A stretch of DNA of 64,000 bases from Phoronis australis (Eukaryota; Animalia; Phoronida). The notes beneath the pieces were generated by a model. It had not been told where the DNA came from. It did not search any database and was given only the letters and a program-made list of their open reading frames with translations. The stretch is taken from positions 379,937 through 443,936 of the forward strand of contig NMRA01000255.1 in the NCBI GenBank assembly GCA_002633005.1, in the 5' to 3' direction. Shown piece by piece: positions 49,123-63,000 of this stretch (positions are counted from its first letter, which is position 1; every line of letters starts with the position of its first letter). Both the position numbers and the translations under genes were made by a program.

Positions 49123-49442
49123 ATGGTGGGCCGTCGAGGGGAAAGTGTCGCCGTAAAATTACGCTCGTAATTACGGTTTGATCCGCCATGATTCAGCGCT
49201 CGTTTCGTAGACATGAAATCCGTCAGTAAATAAGTATTTCCATGAGCGCGCGCGATCGTGGATTGTAAAACCCAACGTCATTGGCTAAGAGTTTAAACTA
49301 CATTACGAGCGTAATTTTACGCCGTAAGGAATTGAATTACGCTCGTAATTTTACGGCGTAATTAACAGCGTAAATAATGGCGTAATGTACACAATTACGC
49401 TCGTATTTTCCCGGCGACACTTTCCTCCCAACGGCCCATCAT
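49123..49442. mobile_element. MITE with ~30-bp TIRs, 8-bp TSD ATGTTTCT and internal ATTACG/CGTAAT repeats
   Basis: ATGGTGGGCCGTCGAGGGGAAAGTGTCGCCG and CGGCGACACTTTCCTCCCAACGGCCCATCAT; TSD at 49115-49122 and 49443-49450. Confidence 0.8.
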
Positions 49443-50618
49443 ATGTTTCTGGATCTGCGTTTGTGATCACATGCTTGCTCGTTCCCATCATCTGAAAATG
49501 TAACAAAAATCCGCGGTCTGTAAATTGCCAACAAATGTCTTACCCAAAACAAACACGGCCATGAGCTATGGACGTGGATTAAATACACTGAGATTTACAA
49601 TGTGTAAATATTTACTTGACAGGCTAGTAACAAATGATTGTCTTTTCAACGAATGGTTTATTTTGTTAACAATAGAAATATCCAATCACCATTCTTAAAA
49701 TACTGGACTTCTTGTAGCAATCGTTGCATGCATTTCTTTCGAAATAAACCTTAATTTGCCTAAGTTGAAGGAATGAGTGAGACATGGGGAGTGAGTGTAA
49801 AAAACCGAAAGGTTGTGTTGTACAACCCAAAATAGCAGAGAGATAATTGTGGCAATAAATCTTCGCTTATGGGCAGAAACCGTGAACTTCCTCCTATAAT
49901 TCAACATTGCAGCCTCACCGTAAACTAACTTCAAGGAAAGGAGTTTTGCTATTTAATCTACGCACGCTAGTAAGTTACTCGCCAAACACTCGCATTTTGA
50001 ATGGCATGATTTTTTGTAGTCTTGCGCGATCTGGCATTTCTCACAGGATTGCTGCAGTAACGCATCACCCTTGTCATTCGGGCGGAATGAAAAATTGTGA
50101 GGTCATAAGCCTCGCATGTAATATACAACGATATCACGCGAGAGTTGACATGACCATACCTAAAGAAACTTTCATTTAGTTATAATCCTTATTAGTGAAC
50201 GGAGCTCTCCTCTACTGTTCTGTCACATAAATCAACATTCCTGGAATGTTACTTGGGCCGCGTTTTCGACATATGCGCTCAACTCGACGGAGCTCTTGAA
50301 ATCTTAATTTTATTCTAAAGACTTCAAAGGATGAATACCGTTTGCTCAACATCTTATCCATAGTGGATTTCCCAAACCCCAAGTATGATGTCGATGATAC
50401 AAAATGCACCGTGGGCGACAACGACATTACGTAAGATCGTGAGGCTACTAACACATATAGGCAAGATCAACAAATTATGATTCTACACAAGTTAACCACC
50501 TAACCATACAAAAACTCAAAGTGATATAACATTTTACATCAAATTTGGTTCAATTCTGATTTTTACAAACACTGTAGACAATAAAAACATGCCGAACGTT
50601 TCAAGTATTTTCGTAGCC

Positions 50619-51033
50619 TCAAATTTTAACTGGCGCATATTCCTCTGTTAGCTGAATTTCCCTTTGAGACTTCTTCAACACACGTCTAACTTCAATTTGA
50701 ACACATATTAAGCGATAAGTCAACAATAGAATCACAAGCCCGTTTTTTGCAGTGAAGAACAAATTCGTGTAACTCATTATTTTGAAGTGGATGATTAGGG
50801 TTAGACGGAGAGCCAAAAGCGGCGCGTCCTGCATAATGATAGATATTAAAATTCCGTACACATCAGCTGTGCAACAGTCTGTTGTGTCGGTCTCTTGATT
50901 GTACTACCGCTGCACTACAACCAGGCGATTGGTCGCTACGTGATTTTGTAGCAGTTATGACCATGTGAAACTGAAGAAGGCTCCACGACCAAATGGCCAA
51001 GACCATGTAGGTTAGAAGCTCGTTTCGTTGGAC
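50619..51033 (-). pseudogene. TMEM26: TMEM26-family terminal exon with an internal frameshift
   Basis: Acceptor TTATTTTAG| then VQRNELLTYMVLAIWSWSLLQFHMVITATK in one frame, and CCTADVYGILISIIMQDAPLLALRL..FFTAKNGLVILLLTYRL in another; frame break between about 50905 and 50935. Confidence 0.8.
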
Positions 51034-51199
51034 CTAAAATAAGAATTTAAATGACAAGAAATGAGTGTATATATAATGCAATATTATTAAATTGTCTTTT
51101 ATACTTTGCTATTTGGGGATCGAATTTTCCGAACTTAGCCTGCCACAAAGTTCACTGAAGCACCATCAATTCTTAAAATATTAGCTTCTAACTGTCAAA

Positions 51200-51900
51200 T
51201 ACTTCGATTCCATCCCAAAATGGAAAGGCGCTGTCCAACTAGTTGGCCAAATTTCATGGAAAACCCTCGAACAACAGATAATGTACAGAGGTAAACGCCA
51301 AAACGAAAATTGTTATTTTGGGGCACATCGGTAGTCAAGGTCGTTCAAATTTTGTGGCCAGACATTGGCTTATTTATACGGTAGCATTTCCAAAAGATCC
51401 TGCAAACGATTAAATGCGATACAGCCGTGGACGCAAATAACAAAAAATCAACACCAGCCACGATTTTTTTCATCAGGAAACATTTGCCAATTTCCACAAT
51501 AATCCTTTGAGCGGTTTGGCGGATAGAAAGGCGGATCCAAAAACGGACTCCGTAATTGTAAAAATGTCCACTAACTGGTACAGAATACGTCAAATCCGTC
51601 TGAAAATAGAAAGGTGTTGTCGTTCCCTTGATAGAAACGTGTTTACCAAATTTCATGGAAATCCATCAAGAATCTCCGAAGATATAGGGACAACAGTTAA
51701 AAAATATAATTTATGGCACAGAGGAAGTCGGATCGATCCAGTGTTTGCCATCATCTATCGTCAGCTGCCTAGAGACAAACCTCATTACAATTCAGGAAGT
51801 GATTTAAGAGGTACAGCAGCGAACGCCTGACGCCCGGCGCCCGGATGCTAAGACACAGATGACAACAATGTGCATCCATAAATGTGTGGGTGCATACAAA
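51200..51900. mobile_element. Non-autonomous element with repeated CCAAATTTCATGGAAA motif and a terminal hairpin (possibly Helentron-associated)
   Basis: Motif near 51247 and 51646, GACGCC/GGCGCC microrepeat, ATGTGCATCCA..TGGGTGCATAC hairpin; similar motifs at 46900-47150. Confidence 0.35.
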
Positions 51901-53173
51901 TGGAAAAGAGAAGAAGTTATGTCCAAGATACTGTGACCGTCCTTCATTGACATAAAAGGTCCTAGAATTTCAAATAAAACAGGAAACTACACAGACAACC
52001 GATTCCATCTTTGGGCTCTCTCTCCGTGTTCAATAAAACACGAAACAGTGTGGCCATGTGGGAGCTATCAATGGATGTCCTCCAAGATCTGGGCCCTAAA
52101 CATGAAAGGGTTTATAATATCACAAAACAGGAAATGAGCTGCCATTGATGCTATTTGTCAAGTTATCAATTTTTATAAAGTGACGTACAATTTCGAGAAA
52201 AAAACAAAAGGGTAGAGCGACAGATGGCTCCATTATCCCATGCGGGAGAGGGTTCTCTGGAGAAATATATTTTTGCACGACCAAAATTGTCTTCTTGAAT
52301 TTGAAAATCCATTGATTTCGTGTGCTCAAAAATTTTCTACTATTTGAAACCCATGTGTGAAGGATTAGAATTAAGTACACGTTTTCAAGTACGTTTAAAA
52401 GATCCATGCTACAAAATGGAGCCCCCTAACAACAATGTCCTGATCAGGGCCCTCAAAGGGCAAATCAAGCACTGCTACTTTCTCAGCAGCTCCTGGACCT
52501 ACGGCTATGTCAGTTGCTACAGTTTTGTTAACCCTGACGCCTGGAAGTTATTGGGAAGGACGTACCCCCCCCCCCCCTCCTACCCCCACTTCATACAGCC
52601 TTGGGATTTGAGTACACTGAGAGGCTGATCTAGAATACACACTTGTTGCCAATCTTGTCACTTTAACAATAATGTTGCGCTCATTTGATATTTATAATGC
52701 TTGAGAATATCACTGAAATGCTAAAGGAGCGGAAAATCCTAGAAATTGATTGATGGCAAAGGAATTAAAGAATGAACTTCATGACTTGGAGCTGCTGTAG
52801 TTTTCTACTCCATTTAAGTAACGTTGAGTTGTTTCATGAATGGACTGACAACCACTTTGTTCATGAGCGTTAATTGGTACCTTCAATACCTGCTAGAAAA
52901 CGAAGCTTTGATGAGAATGCCTGTCCATTTCATGACCGAAATACTTTGCCAAGACGTATTTTGAAGTAAAAGGTTTGAAGCTAGAATTTGCCTAGTATAA
53001 TGATCCAGAAGGTAACTGCGATTTCAATTATAGTTCGTGTAAACCAGTTATGAAACGTGAATGTTAACTTCGACAAAAATATCTATTATTACATCGGTCT
53101 TCCCTATGCTGCGCAGTGGGTCAATCCACACACGTCTGCGTTTTCTATAAAGCACCGTAGCCTGGTACAACTG

Positions 53174-53550
53174 TAGGTTGTATGAAGCAGTCCCAAATAG
53201 GAACTGAAGCAAACTCACTGTTTCGTATTTTTCTGTTCTTTAGGCACACGTGTAGCATTTTTCCTATCATTTAACCTTGATTATGAGCTTTTCTTTGACT
53301 CCCATATAACTAAAAACTGAGCCCTTAATTCAGTCAAAACAATTAGAAACATAGTCCTTGAATTAGGGTCGTTGCATGAAAAGATCCCTACTTGTTTTCA
53401 CTAATATTGAGAATTCGACTTATAGTTCACTCTCGGTTTTTATTAAACGGCATCAGACATGACAATCGGTGTTTTCACAGGCCTACAAATTCCCAGTAGA
53501 TTTAGCGAATTTAGCTGAGTCCCCATTTCGGACTGTTTCATACAACCGAG
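53174..53550. mobile_element. GGCCGGTTGCATGAAAC-family MITE, uninterrupted copy
   Basis: GGTTGTATGAAGCAGTCCCAAAT...GGACTGTTTCATACAACCG; internal part matches both halves of 39382-40734. Confidence 0.7.
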
Positions 53551-56500
53551 CACCGGACGCTTATAAAACCACGTACGTAACCGCTTTCGGGGACTAATTT
53601 TGTTTTCATGTTTTGGAGAACACAAACCATTGGTCTCTTAGAGAAAAAGAAAATTTCACATTAAACTTGCACATTTCCATGAAAATGTACTTTTAAATTA
53701 GCGAACAATTATGCCAGTTAATGTGATAATACATTTACAGTTTCATCGACGTAAAACACTTGACTTTCCAAAAATCATTAAACTTTCTCCAGATGGTGAT
53801 AAATTTCCCTATTTTAATTCTTTTATACCTTCTTTAATGAAAACGTTTTAACAACTTGGATTACATCAATCCAACATTTGTAATAAGCTGTTACCGTACA
53901 GTGTGAGCATTCTTAATTTAAACAAAAATCAAATAAATCCTAAAATATCAAGAGAAAATCCCGTTTTTGATTCATTGCCGCCATAAGTAAGCATTATGAA
54001 GTAACTAAGTCCCTTTAGGTGTGTACCTTTGTCTTTTTCATCGTCAGGTTCTTTTGACCTGTCAGATTAAGTATGGCAACCTCGCTTTTACAAAAAGGGA
54101 TACATTGTCAACGCAAAATATGTTTAACACCAAATGAGGTCACATTGAACTCTTTAGAGGAAACAATTATTTTGTTTTTCTCTCATTCATTCCTCACAGT
54201 GTATATCTTTAATTGTCTCATTAGATACCCAAACAGGGTTAAATAGGTCAAGCCGGAATTGCAAACTTCAAGGTGGAATAAATCAAGTTAGCAGGGATAT
54301 TTTCAGCATAGTGACCTGAGTTCGCTTAGTGGTGTACCTAGGATAATTTCCCCCTCTGGGACAGAATATAACTTAGTTGCCCCCGCCCCCCCCCACCAAA
54401 ACAACCCATTTCGGTCCCACCAAATGCAGGGCCAACTTGGCTGCCGCCCCGAGGAGCCCAAGCTATGCGAACGTTGCTGCTGCTCCCCACATTACTCCAG
54501 CTAAGCCACTAGGAATAGTGGTTAATTACTGACTTATTCAAAACTAGGCCGTGGTTACCAAACATGACCCTGGAAAATTGGACACAAAGGAGTCGTATTT
54601 TTGACTTGGTAACCCTACTGGAATAGTTCTAAATTTCATTGAAAAATATTTATGTTCAGTCTTCATTCACTCAATGCCACTTGGTAGATTACAATTTAAC
54701 GTTCTCTATCAAAATGCAAAACTAGAACCGAGCATCCACTTGTCAGTTGATTTGTTTCACGTCAGTCAACGAAGGTCTACTACAAAAATGGAAACAGAAA
54801 TTTAAATGTACGCAATGAGTCTGTAGACTATCAAATAGTTATGGAATCATTGGCTTTGTAACGTCACATTCATAGTAGTAGTGAAACAGAAGAAAATCGA
54901 TATCAGTAAAGTCAGCCAGAGAACGTTTTAGGGATATTCCAGAGTCGTGAGGGGGCACATCCGTTACCATCTTAAAGCAACAGCTGATATTTTGCCTATG
55001 AAGGCCTAAAGCTCTCTAAAGGTTGTGTCGTGTTCCAGTGCGCGTTTAGAGGAAAGCTCGCTGCGCAAATACTCCCGAGCGTATGAACACGTGTTTTTAG
55101 TGTTTTACAAAGCTTTAAAACAGGCAAGTAGCATGTTTGCACTTTCCGCCATCGAAGATTCTTTTATGGATATGTGCTAAACCCCATTTGTAGTTAACTT
55201 ATACGTCTCAGTAGAGGGCAAAATCCCCGTCTAGATTTGATCATAATCGTCCTCTTTTACAGCGTATCTCCAAAGATTTAATCTACGGTATCTCTCTTCT
55301 GATTATCTTGTGTGAAATTAGTGCGACAAACCAGCATTTTCAAAATATTAATAATGAACAAACTCGTACAAATATTGAAACTTGACGCTGCTGTGAGAGA
55401 TAAGGGAACATCCCCCATTTTCCAACTGATAATCATTTTTAATTAAACGGCAAGCTGAAGTTTGCCGGTGTTGTGTAAGCTTTACGCAATCCCGTAAGTC
55501 TATCTAGCCAAATGGCCGTTACAAACGCAGCTTGTGCAAAGGTCCCGGTTTACACTTGTGCGTTGCACTCTGTCGCTTCAGATGCACATTGGTATATCTA
55601 TTTTGATAGAAGTCATTGCATTATAGGCATATCCCGAGCTACAAACAAAATCTATATGACCAATGGCAGTCATGGACAACCGAAGCAAAATTAAATTCCA
55701 ACACATTGCCAATTCATATATTATTAATTACCCGTACTTGCATTGCGCAGTTATGGGCTAGAAAGTGACTATCACCCTGATCTTTTCAAGATATACTGTT
55801 GTTGTACAATTTACCGAGATGGGATTACTGACCGTAGGTTTAATTAGCTGGCGTCACAAAATTCACTTGTTCTACGTGTCTTATTACAAAAATTATCAAA
55901 AATAGTCTGATGTCGTTACTGCGATAACTGCATCGGGAAAATGGTACCTTAAAATAGCATAGATATCGAGGTAGAGAGGCCAGCATCCGATGTCCCTTCT
56001 AGAACAATTGTTTTGGCTTCATGCAAGCTACGGCATGTAGCGATGTTTAAGTTAACGAAAGATGTCGGGAACAAATTAACGTACTTGTATACTTTTATCC
56101 CTATGGAAAAGTGGAGCTTTGGCTGACTTCATTGCAAAACAAACATCTAAAATCAAATATTGGTGCCATTTTCATTAAGGACATGAGTCGACAGTTGTCT
56201 ATTCAAAATATTTTAGTTTTAATAAGCTCTGTATAATGATGTTAATTGTGTGTAAATATCAATTTGAACCCGAGAACGATGATATAGCGGTTATCAGAAA
56301 ATGAGGAATGAGTTTCATAGCTGATGAACAACGTGTATGTGAGCAAGATTAACGTTTGCAAATGTGACTAATATGGACAGAACTATGAGTGCATCGGAAC
56401 TAGATTGTAACACTGATCACTGAGTAGCACTAATTCCAAACAAGACCTCCTAGGCTCTTAAAAGAAGGTAACACGTATTGGGGGTGAGGGGAACACAAAC

Positions 56501-57554
56501 CAAATCGTCTTCACCTAATTTGCTCCACCCCCCCTCTTCATATTGCCAACACCTCCGCCGGGGAATTGGTAGCAGCCATCAGCACTTGAGAGACGATGTT
56601 TGAATAAAATTTTACGGAGAGTTAGAATTAGGCCTAAGGGTCAGCACAAGCGGATAGCGGGAAGCTGGGCTGTAGTGGTTCTTAATGAACAAAACCTGTG
56701 ATACCAACTGAACATATGAGACCGGATAACTTAGGCTAGCCGCTGGTCAGCTCAGCTATAGATTCGCTTGAGACAGCTAGGTAGCTCAGCTCGTTCCTAT
56801 CCGTCTGCGCTGGCCGAGAAGTCAAAACTCATTTTTATTACGGTCCAGTTTGGGGGAAGTTCAATGTATTGGGGTCATGGTTTGGGGGAGGTTGAATGTT
56901 TTAGGATCACGCTTTCAGTGTATACACTGTATTTTGAAAGAGCGAGGAACCGGAGTCCTTTGTGCACTGCCTTTGGCTGTTTCACACAGGGTGTCCCAAA
57001 ATGCTCTAACACTTCAGTACAACGCCGGGAGTTCAAATTCAGTTCCCGTAAATCAGATTCTGGGCTAGGCCTTGTTTTGAAAGAGGGCGCGTGAGCCAGC
57101 ACGTGCTCTGCATGCACAAGAATGGCAAACAAAGGACTCAGTTTTGAAGAACTATTTTATTGCGCAATACTGTTGAAAACTAAACAACATCAAGAAAGTG
57201 CAAAGACAATTAATCTTCAAAGTCTATGAGCACAAAGTTTTAATTTGATTTAAAGACTTTATTGCTGTTTGATCTGCTATTTTCATCTAACCTTGTTCCT
57301 AGGTCAATAAAATACATTGTCACTTGGATTGAAAGTAGGTTACATTTTACAATACCCGATAAGCGCACGACACAAGTCAACAAACACCGAACGGCGATTT
57401 CGGGGTTTTCATTTTGAGCGATAAAACTCTTTAGCCAACTAAACTGTTTCAAGGTAGTATTCCTCCGGGATGCGAGATCTTCTATACATAAAAGGGCCGC
57501 ACAGCCGTCAAACTGAGTCCTTCGCGACACGAGTTTTGCCGCACTGATTCAATC

Positions 57555-57612
57555 ATGTTCTTGCTGAAGTATTTCCTTGGACTGTTTTCATTCCTATTTG
57601 TTTTTTACTGTG
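57555..57612 (+). CDS. Gene C exon 1: signal peptide MFLLKYFLGLFSFLFVFYC(G)
   Basis: Paralogue of 37727-37784; donor G|GTAAGT. Confidence 0.85.
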
Positions 57613-58542
57613 GTAAGTTTGTGAGACGCATACTGTTGGAGCTTCTCTCTACGGTGTTTGGAGTCATGCGACTGTTATTCGTAACTGAACGTACTGTTTC
57701 AGGGTAAATGTAACTTACATGGGTCTCGGTTTTTAAGCTTGATGTCTGTTATTCAGAAGAGAAAAGTAGTAGATCTCTATAAGTGAGTATTATACATGTT
57801 TCAGAATAACCATGTAGAAGATGGTATCTATGAACATAATTCAAAGATTATTACTATCATCTACATCGTAAAAAGTAAGCAAGCAGATTGATCGGGCTCT
57901 TGTAGAGTTGAACTAGACAAAAACAGAGGAAGTAGAAGTTTGAATATCTGTGTTAAGACTTCTAATTCCGAGCAATGAAACGTGAGATTTTGGGGAACTG
58001 CGGGTATAATTATAAGCGACACGATGTTTAAGAGTCAGACTGATGAATGTTGGGACTGCGTTTCGTGCTGAAAACATGTGTATCGCCGGAACAGCTAAAC
58101 GGGGGTCCGTTTATTACCCAGGAAAAATGCATCGTAACAGACCAAAGGTTTGTAATATTTATTCACGAAATTTAGTTCTTTCTTATATCAACTTAGGCTT
58201 CTCATGTTATTGTTCGGTATCTGAGATTAATGTACAACTAATGTTTCATCAGGATATAATTACTCCTTGTACAGGTGTAACGTACTTGTCTTTTCTATTT
58301 TTTTGCGAAAAACAAAGGTTGAAATTTAATAATTAGATTTTTTGATATACAGCAAAATTATTTCAGAAATCGACTGTTCAAAACATTCGCTAAATGGACC
58401 ATCGGTTTTTGGGTAAGGCTATTTGGGACTTACGACAGTGGTACTCATTCTGTACAGCATATGAGACCAAAGCCTTGTTATTTTCTGTCAAAATTTGCTC
58501 GCTACAATCAAGACTCTATTGGCTTTCTTTTATCCTTTTCAG

Positions 58543-58623
58543 GCGTTCATGCGACGAACAAAGAGACCGCTGACTCGCCATTGACTAAAACCGACGTCTC
58601 CAAATCCAAAAGCCAGGCCAGTG
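58543..58623 (+). CDS. Gene C exon 2: GVHATNKETADSPLTKTDVSKSKSQAS
   Basis: CTTTTCAG|G acceptor, 81 nt, phase 1/1, donor GTAAGA. Confidence 0.78.
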
Positions 58624-60090
58624 GTAAGAATTACATGTAAAATCACGACACAGGGCAATTCAAGAACGGTCTTTTAGTTTCGACCAGAATTCGACCAGAA
58701 TTGATTTGGACAACTAGTATTGCACTAAAAGCTGCTGTAAATCACGATCTTCCATCAAAAACTAATTTTTGATCTCCGCTACTTAACGCTATAAAACTGG
58801 TCTCATTTATTTGGTCTTTGCTCAGATGTTCTCCTCGGGTTTTCAAAGAAATGACAGCCTGAGATTATGCTCAGCGCAATAACTGACCAGTCGTAACTAA
58901 CCAACTATTAACCCTGTTAACCCTGGACTCGAGTAATAACGAACTAACAGTTCTCCCCACGCCCTAATTCAATGTGTGTAGAGAATAAGTTGAAACCAAT
59001 TCCTTCCTCTAGGAGGAATCAGCCATTTTTTTAAGGAAATCAGGTTTAAGGGAACTTTTATACTTCCGCTAACAAGTAGTTCCACTATCGCAAAATGGTT
59101 CTTGTAGTTCAAATGTGGTCTGTTGTTAATCGTTGGTTAACTCGTCCAGAACGATACCTAGAAACATCAGTAGCATGATTAACAGACTTTGGAAAGATTT
59201 TTCAAATTAGTTACATTTTGGGATTGGTGAGGATTAATGTGGCCGGTTGCATGAAACAGTCCAAAAAGGCCTAAACTAAGTTCCCTACATCTTTTACATA
59301 TTTGTTTTAGTTCTTTGCTTACAGGTGCAATACTTTTTCTATCAGTTTATCTTTATTATGGGCTCCTCTTTGACATATGACATTTCTTATAATAAAACTA
59401 AAAACTGAGCCCTTACAGTGGCGGATCTAGGATGTCATAAGGGGGCCTAACACTTGGTCTCGTAAGCAATCGCGCAGAGCACGACTGTAGAGGCGCATAG
59501 AGCAGAATAAGGGGAGGTCGGGAGGGGGTTGCCCCACTGCAGCTCAGGATAAAAATTTGTATTTGCCTCTAAAAACAAGCATTATCCTTAATTTCTGAAG
59601 TGTTATCAAAGAAAAAACACAGAGAACATGTGTAAAACTGTATGCATGTATACATGAACTACGTACTCGAACTCACGATCTGTCTGCCAGAGTGCGCTTG
59701 GTCTACCACTCCGCCACCAGCCTTCCACTTACGGCGATGTGACGAACTAGTTTATGATCCACAGCGTTTGCGCGCGAACATGCTTCTTCCCGCACTGTTC
59801 ATTGCAAGCTTTACATTTTGTGCAACGAGTTCGTAGCAAAAGTTGTTGTGTTTAAAACAGTCTTCAGTTGTCCAAAAGACTAAATCCGTTTTTCGTGTTG
59901 GCATTACACACGCGATTGCTTTGCAAATCGTCTTAATTTAAATGTTTGAGTGATTCACTCAGGCTTCGAGTAAAGTCAACATCTTATCAGAAACTTCTGT
60001 TTCTTCATCGTCACTCAGCTTCCGTTTTCTTTGATTATGTGATTTTTTTCATTGCACATTGGAGCAGACGACGGAAACGGAGTGGTAGTG

Positions 60091-63000
60091 TAACTCCCTC
60101 TATGACTTTGCAATTTATGCCTCTTTTCCATAAGAGGAATTCCGGTCTAGCAGAACTCCATCGCAACTCAACTTTCCCATTGAGTCCTCCCCGATGGTGA
60201 CATCTCAGTTCCGTTGGTTCTCTGGAATAGAGACCAGATGGCGTGGTTGAACAATGCTTTTGAATCACAGAACTCTAACCCCGCAATGCCATCTCGCACG
60301 TGTATGTAAGCGTACATGTACATGTATTCATTAGAGCTTGCGACCCCGAGACTTGCCGCGAGAGTTTGAACTGTGTCTGCTAGAGTGAGTTTTATTCGAG
60401 TGTCGTAGTTATGCGATCAAGCCTAATTTCATAGATTTAGCTTTATTTTTTCATTTTTGATCATTGAGCAAGACTCATGAGGGACGGTTCAATACAATTA
60501 ACGATTTCTCGGCAAAATTAGTCAGCACATCCGACAATTACACTGGTCATTCTTGAGAAGGACCGACCTGTGACTGTGGCTGGATGCCGGGAATACTCAC
60601 TCCTCGGGTATCTTTTATGTTTAGTCTTAAAACCACTTTCGAAAAAAATGTTTTCCGATGTTTACTGTAACACACACTACATGTATCAGGATCACAAATT
60701 TTCACTCCCTGAAGAAAGAAGATTGTGTCTAAACTTTTATGGAAAGGCTAACTTTGCAAAAATTGCACTGAGCTTTACACGGTACATTTCAAAGCTACAA
60801 TTTATAGTGGACGTTTGCCCAATTTTCATCTATCAGAAAACCTGTAGGCCTACATGTATATGCAAATATGGGATTGATATTTGGAGTAATTAGTTTATCA
60901 CTGCATCCTTAACTTTTACTGACAACTGTACCAAACGGCACCAATGGTACAATCAATTCATAACGATGCATAATACTGGATGAATGACTAACTAAATTCT
61001 CCACAGCAACTCTGAGGGAAACTTATTCCAAAATCTTTGTCTCTTTGGTATAAAGCTCTTACGCGTAATTGTTTCCCTGCTGGTTTTACTGGTCACTTAT
61101 ATAACCGGCGTACTAGTTCATTTCCGTTGTTATCATACTATTACACACTGTTATTTTTCGAATTTTGGTAAACTCTAGGTTTTTAGAATTTTATTTTTGT
61201 TAAATCTGTCAGGTTTGGGAAATGATTATTATTGATGAATTAAATGATTTATTTTTTACGTCTTGTATTAAAACACCAAGAACCGATAAAACGTTTTCTA
61301 ATGATATTACTGCCAGGAAGAGATCTTACAGCAATTATGCAGAACAGTTTAAAAACGGCGGAGTTGCGAAAAGTTTTAGACAGTAAACTCCATAACAACA
61401 CCGGAACAAACGAATGCAAACAAATTCCACACATGTGCTGCGCAACATCAGCGGCGAAATATCGGAGTTGCCAGGAATAGAGCTCTATGTTTTGAACAAA
61501 TAGTGAGGAATGGACTCGAAATATTGCTAAGAGATTCTCCCGCCATTCGCGATGAATAACGCCAGGCTGATCAGTGCTATTCTCTAAGATATTTCTATTC
61601 TCGTGTTCATTTACGTGGACTGTTCGGATCTAACTACGGAATTTTTATATTTTTTTAAAACATGTTTGGCACATATTAAGTGCAGCTAAGTATTTTGGAA
61701 TATGTGCAGCAATGACGAACGTCTCGTTGAGTCTCACGTGATTGATGGCGTGAACTCTAGCCATCACTCCAAGCAATGTGGAATTGATGTTTCCCACTGG
61801 ACAATGATGGTTGTTTATGTCCGGTTTAAGTTCTCAGATTTAGCGCAACTTCTCAAAACAGAGGTGTAGACGTGCACGACATAAGATTTTGTTGCTATCA
61901 TGTTTTTGCAGAAGAGGAATCTCGAGTTATCTGTGAACCCGCCACTCGGTATCTTGCATGCGCCAATCCACAGGAAGTGTTGTCAATAACCTCGGCAATG
62001 TACGGTCGGAAAGACAGCCATACTTGCCCTCACAGATTTATCCGTACTACGAGTTGTGAGTCATCGCGTTCCTTATCTGTCGTGAGCAAGCTGTGCAATG
62101 GAAGGCGAGTTTGTGTCATATCGGCGTCGAACAGAGTCTTTGGGGATCCTTGTTATGGCACTTACAAATATCTAAATGTTACCTACCAATGTGTGCCAAG
62201 TAAGTAAGAATTCATTGCTGTTTCTGCATTCCATAATTTATTGACTCATGGTTGGTAAGATACCATAAGTCAGGTCATACGTCTAGATCCTATAGTATTA
62301 GAATATAGACGAAATTATCCCGCTTACTTAGGGTAAAAACCGAAACTATGACTCTGGCTTGATATCAAACGTTCTTGTGATAGAATTCCACAATTTGTTA
62401 ACGTGGATTAAAATGTGAATGAAATTGCTAAGTTACGTTGTGGTACGTAGTTCAAATGTTAACTCCCTCTATGACTTCGCAATTTATGGCCTCTTTTCCA
62501 TCAAGAGAAACTCCGGTCTAGCAGAACTCCATCGCAACTCAACTTTCCCATTGAGTCCTCCCCGATGGTGACATCGCAGTTCCGTTGGTTCTCTGGATTA
62601 AAGACCAGATGGCGTGGTTGAACAATGCTTTTGAATCACTGAACTCTAACCCCGCAGTGGTTTCTCTCGTACGTGTATGTAAGCGTACATGTACGTGTAT
62701 TCATTAGAGCTTGCGACCCCGAGACTTGCCGCGAGAGTTTGAACTGTGTATGCTCGAGTGAGTTTTATTCTAATGTCACAGTTATACGATCAAGCCAAAT
62801 TTCATACTTAAGTTTCATTTTTTTCATTTTTGTTCATTAAGCAAGACTCATGAGGTACGGTTCAATACAATTAACGATTTCTCGGCAAAATTAGTCAGCA
62901 CATCCGACAATTACACTGGTCATTCTTGAGAAGGACCGACCTGTGACTGTGACTGGCAGCGGGAATACTCACTCCTTGGGTATCTTTTAGGTTTAGTCTT

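Larger units (their letters stand above)
57366..60090 (+). repeat. Segmental duplicate of 37540-40208 (promoter, exons 1-2, introns, nested TEs)
   Basis: Continuous high similarity including introns and the same nested TE insertion site. Confidence 0.92.

Noticed and set aside
54027-54058. Minus-strand micro-exon SKEPDDEKDK as an upstream TMEM26 exon
   Set aside because: Phase incompatible with the last exon, weak donor, no TMEM26 similarity
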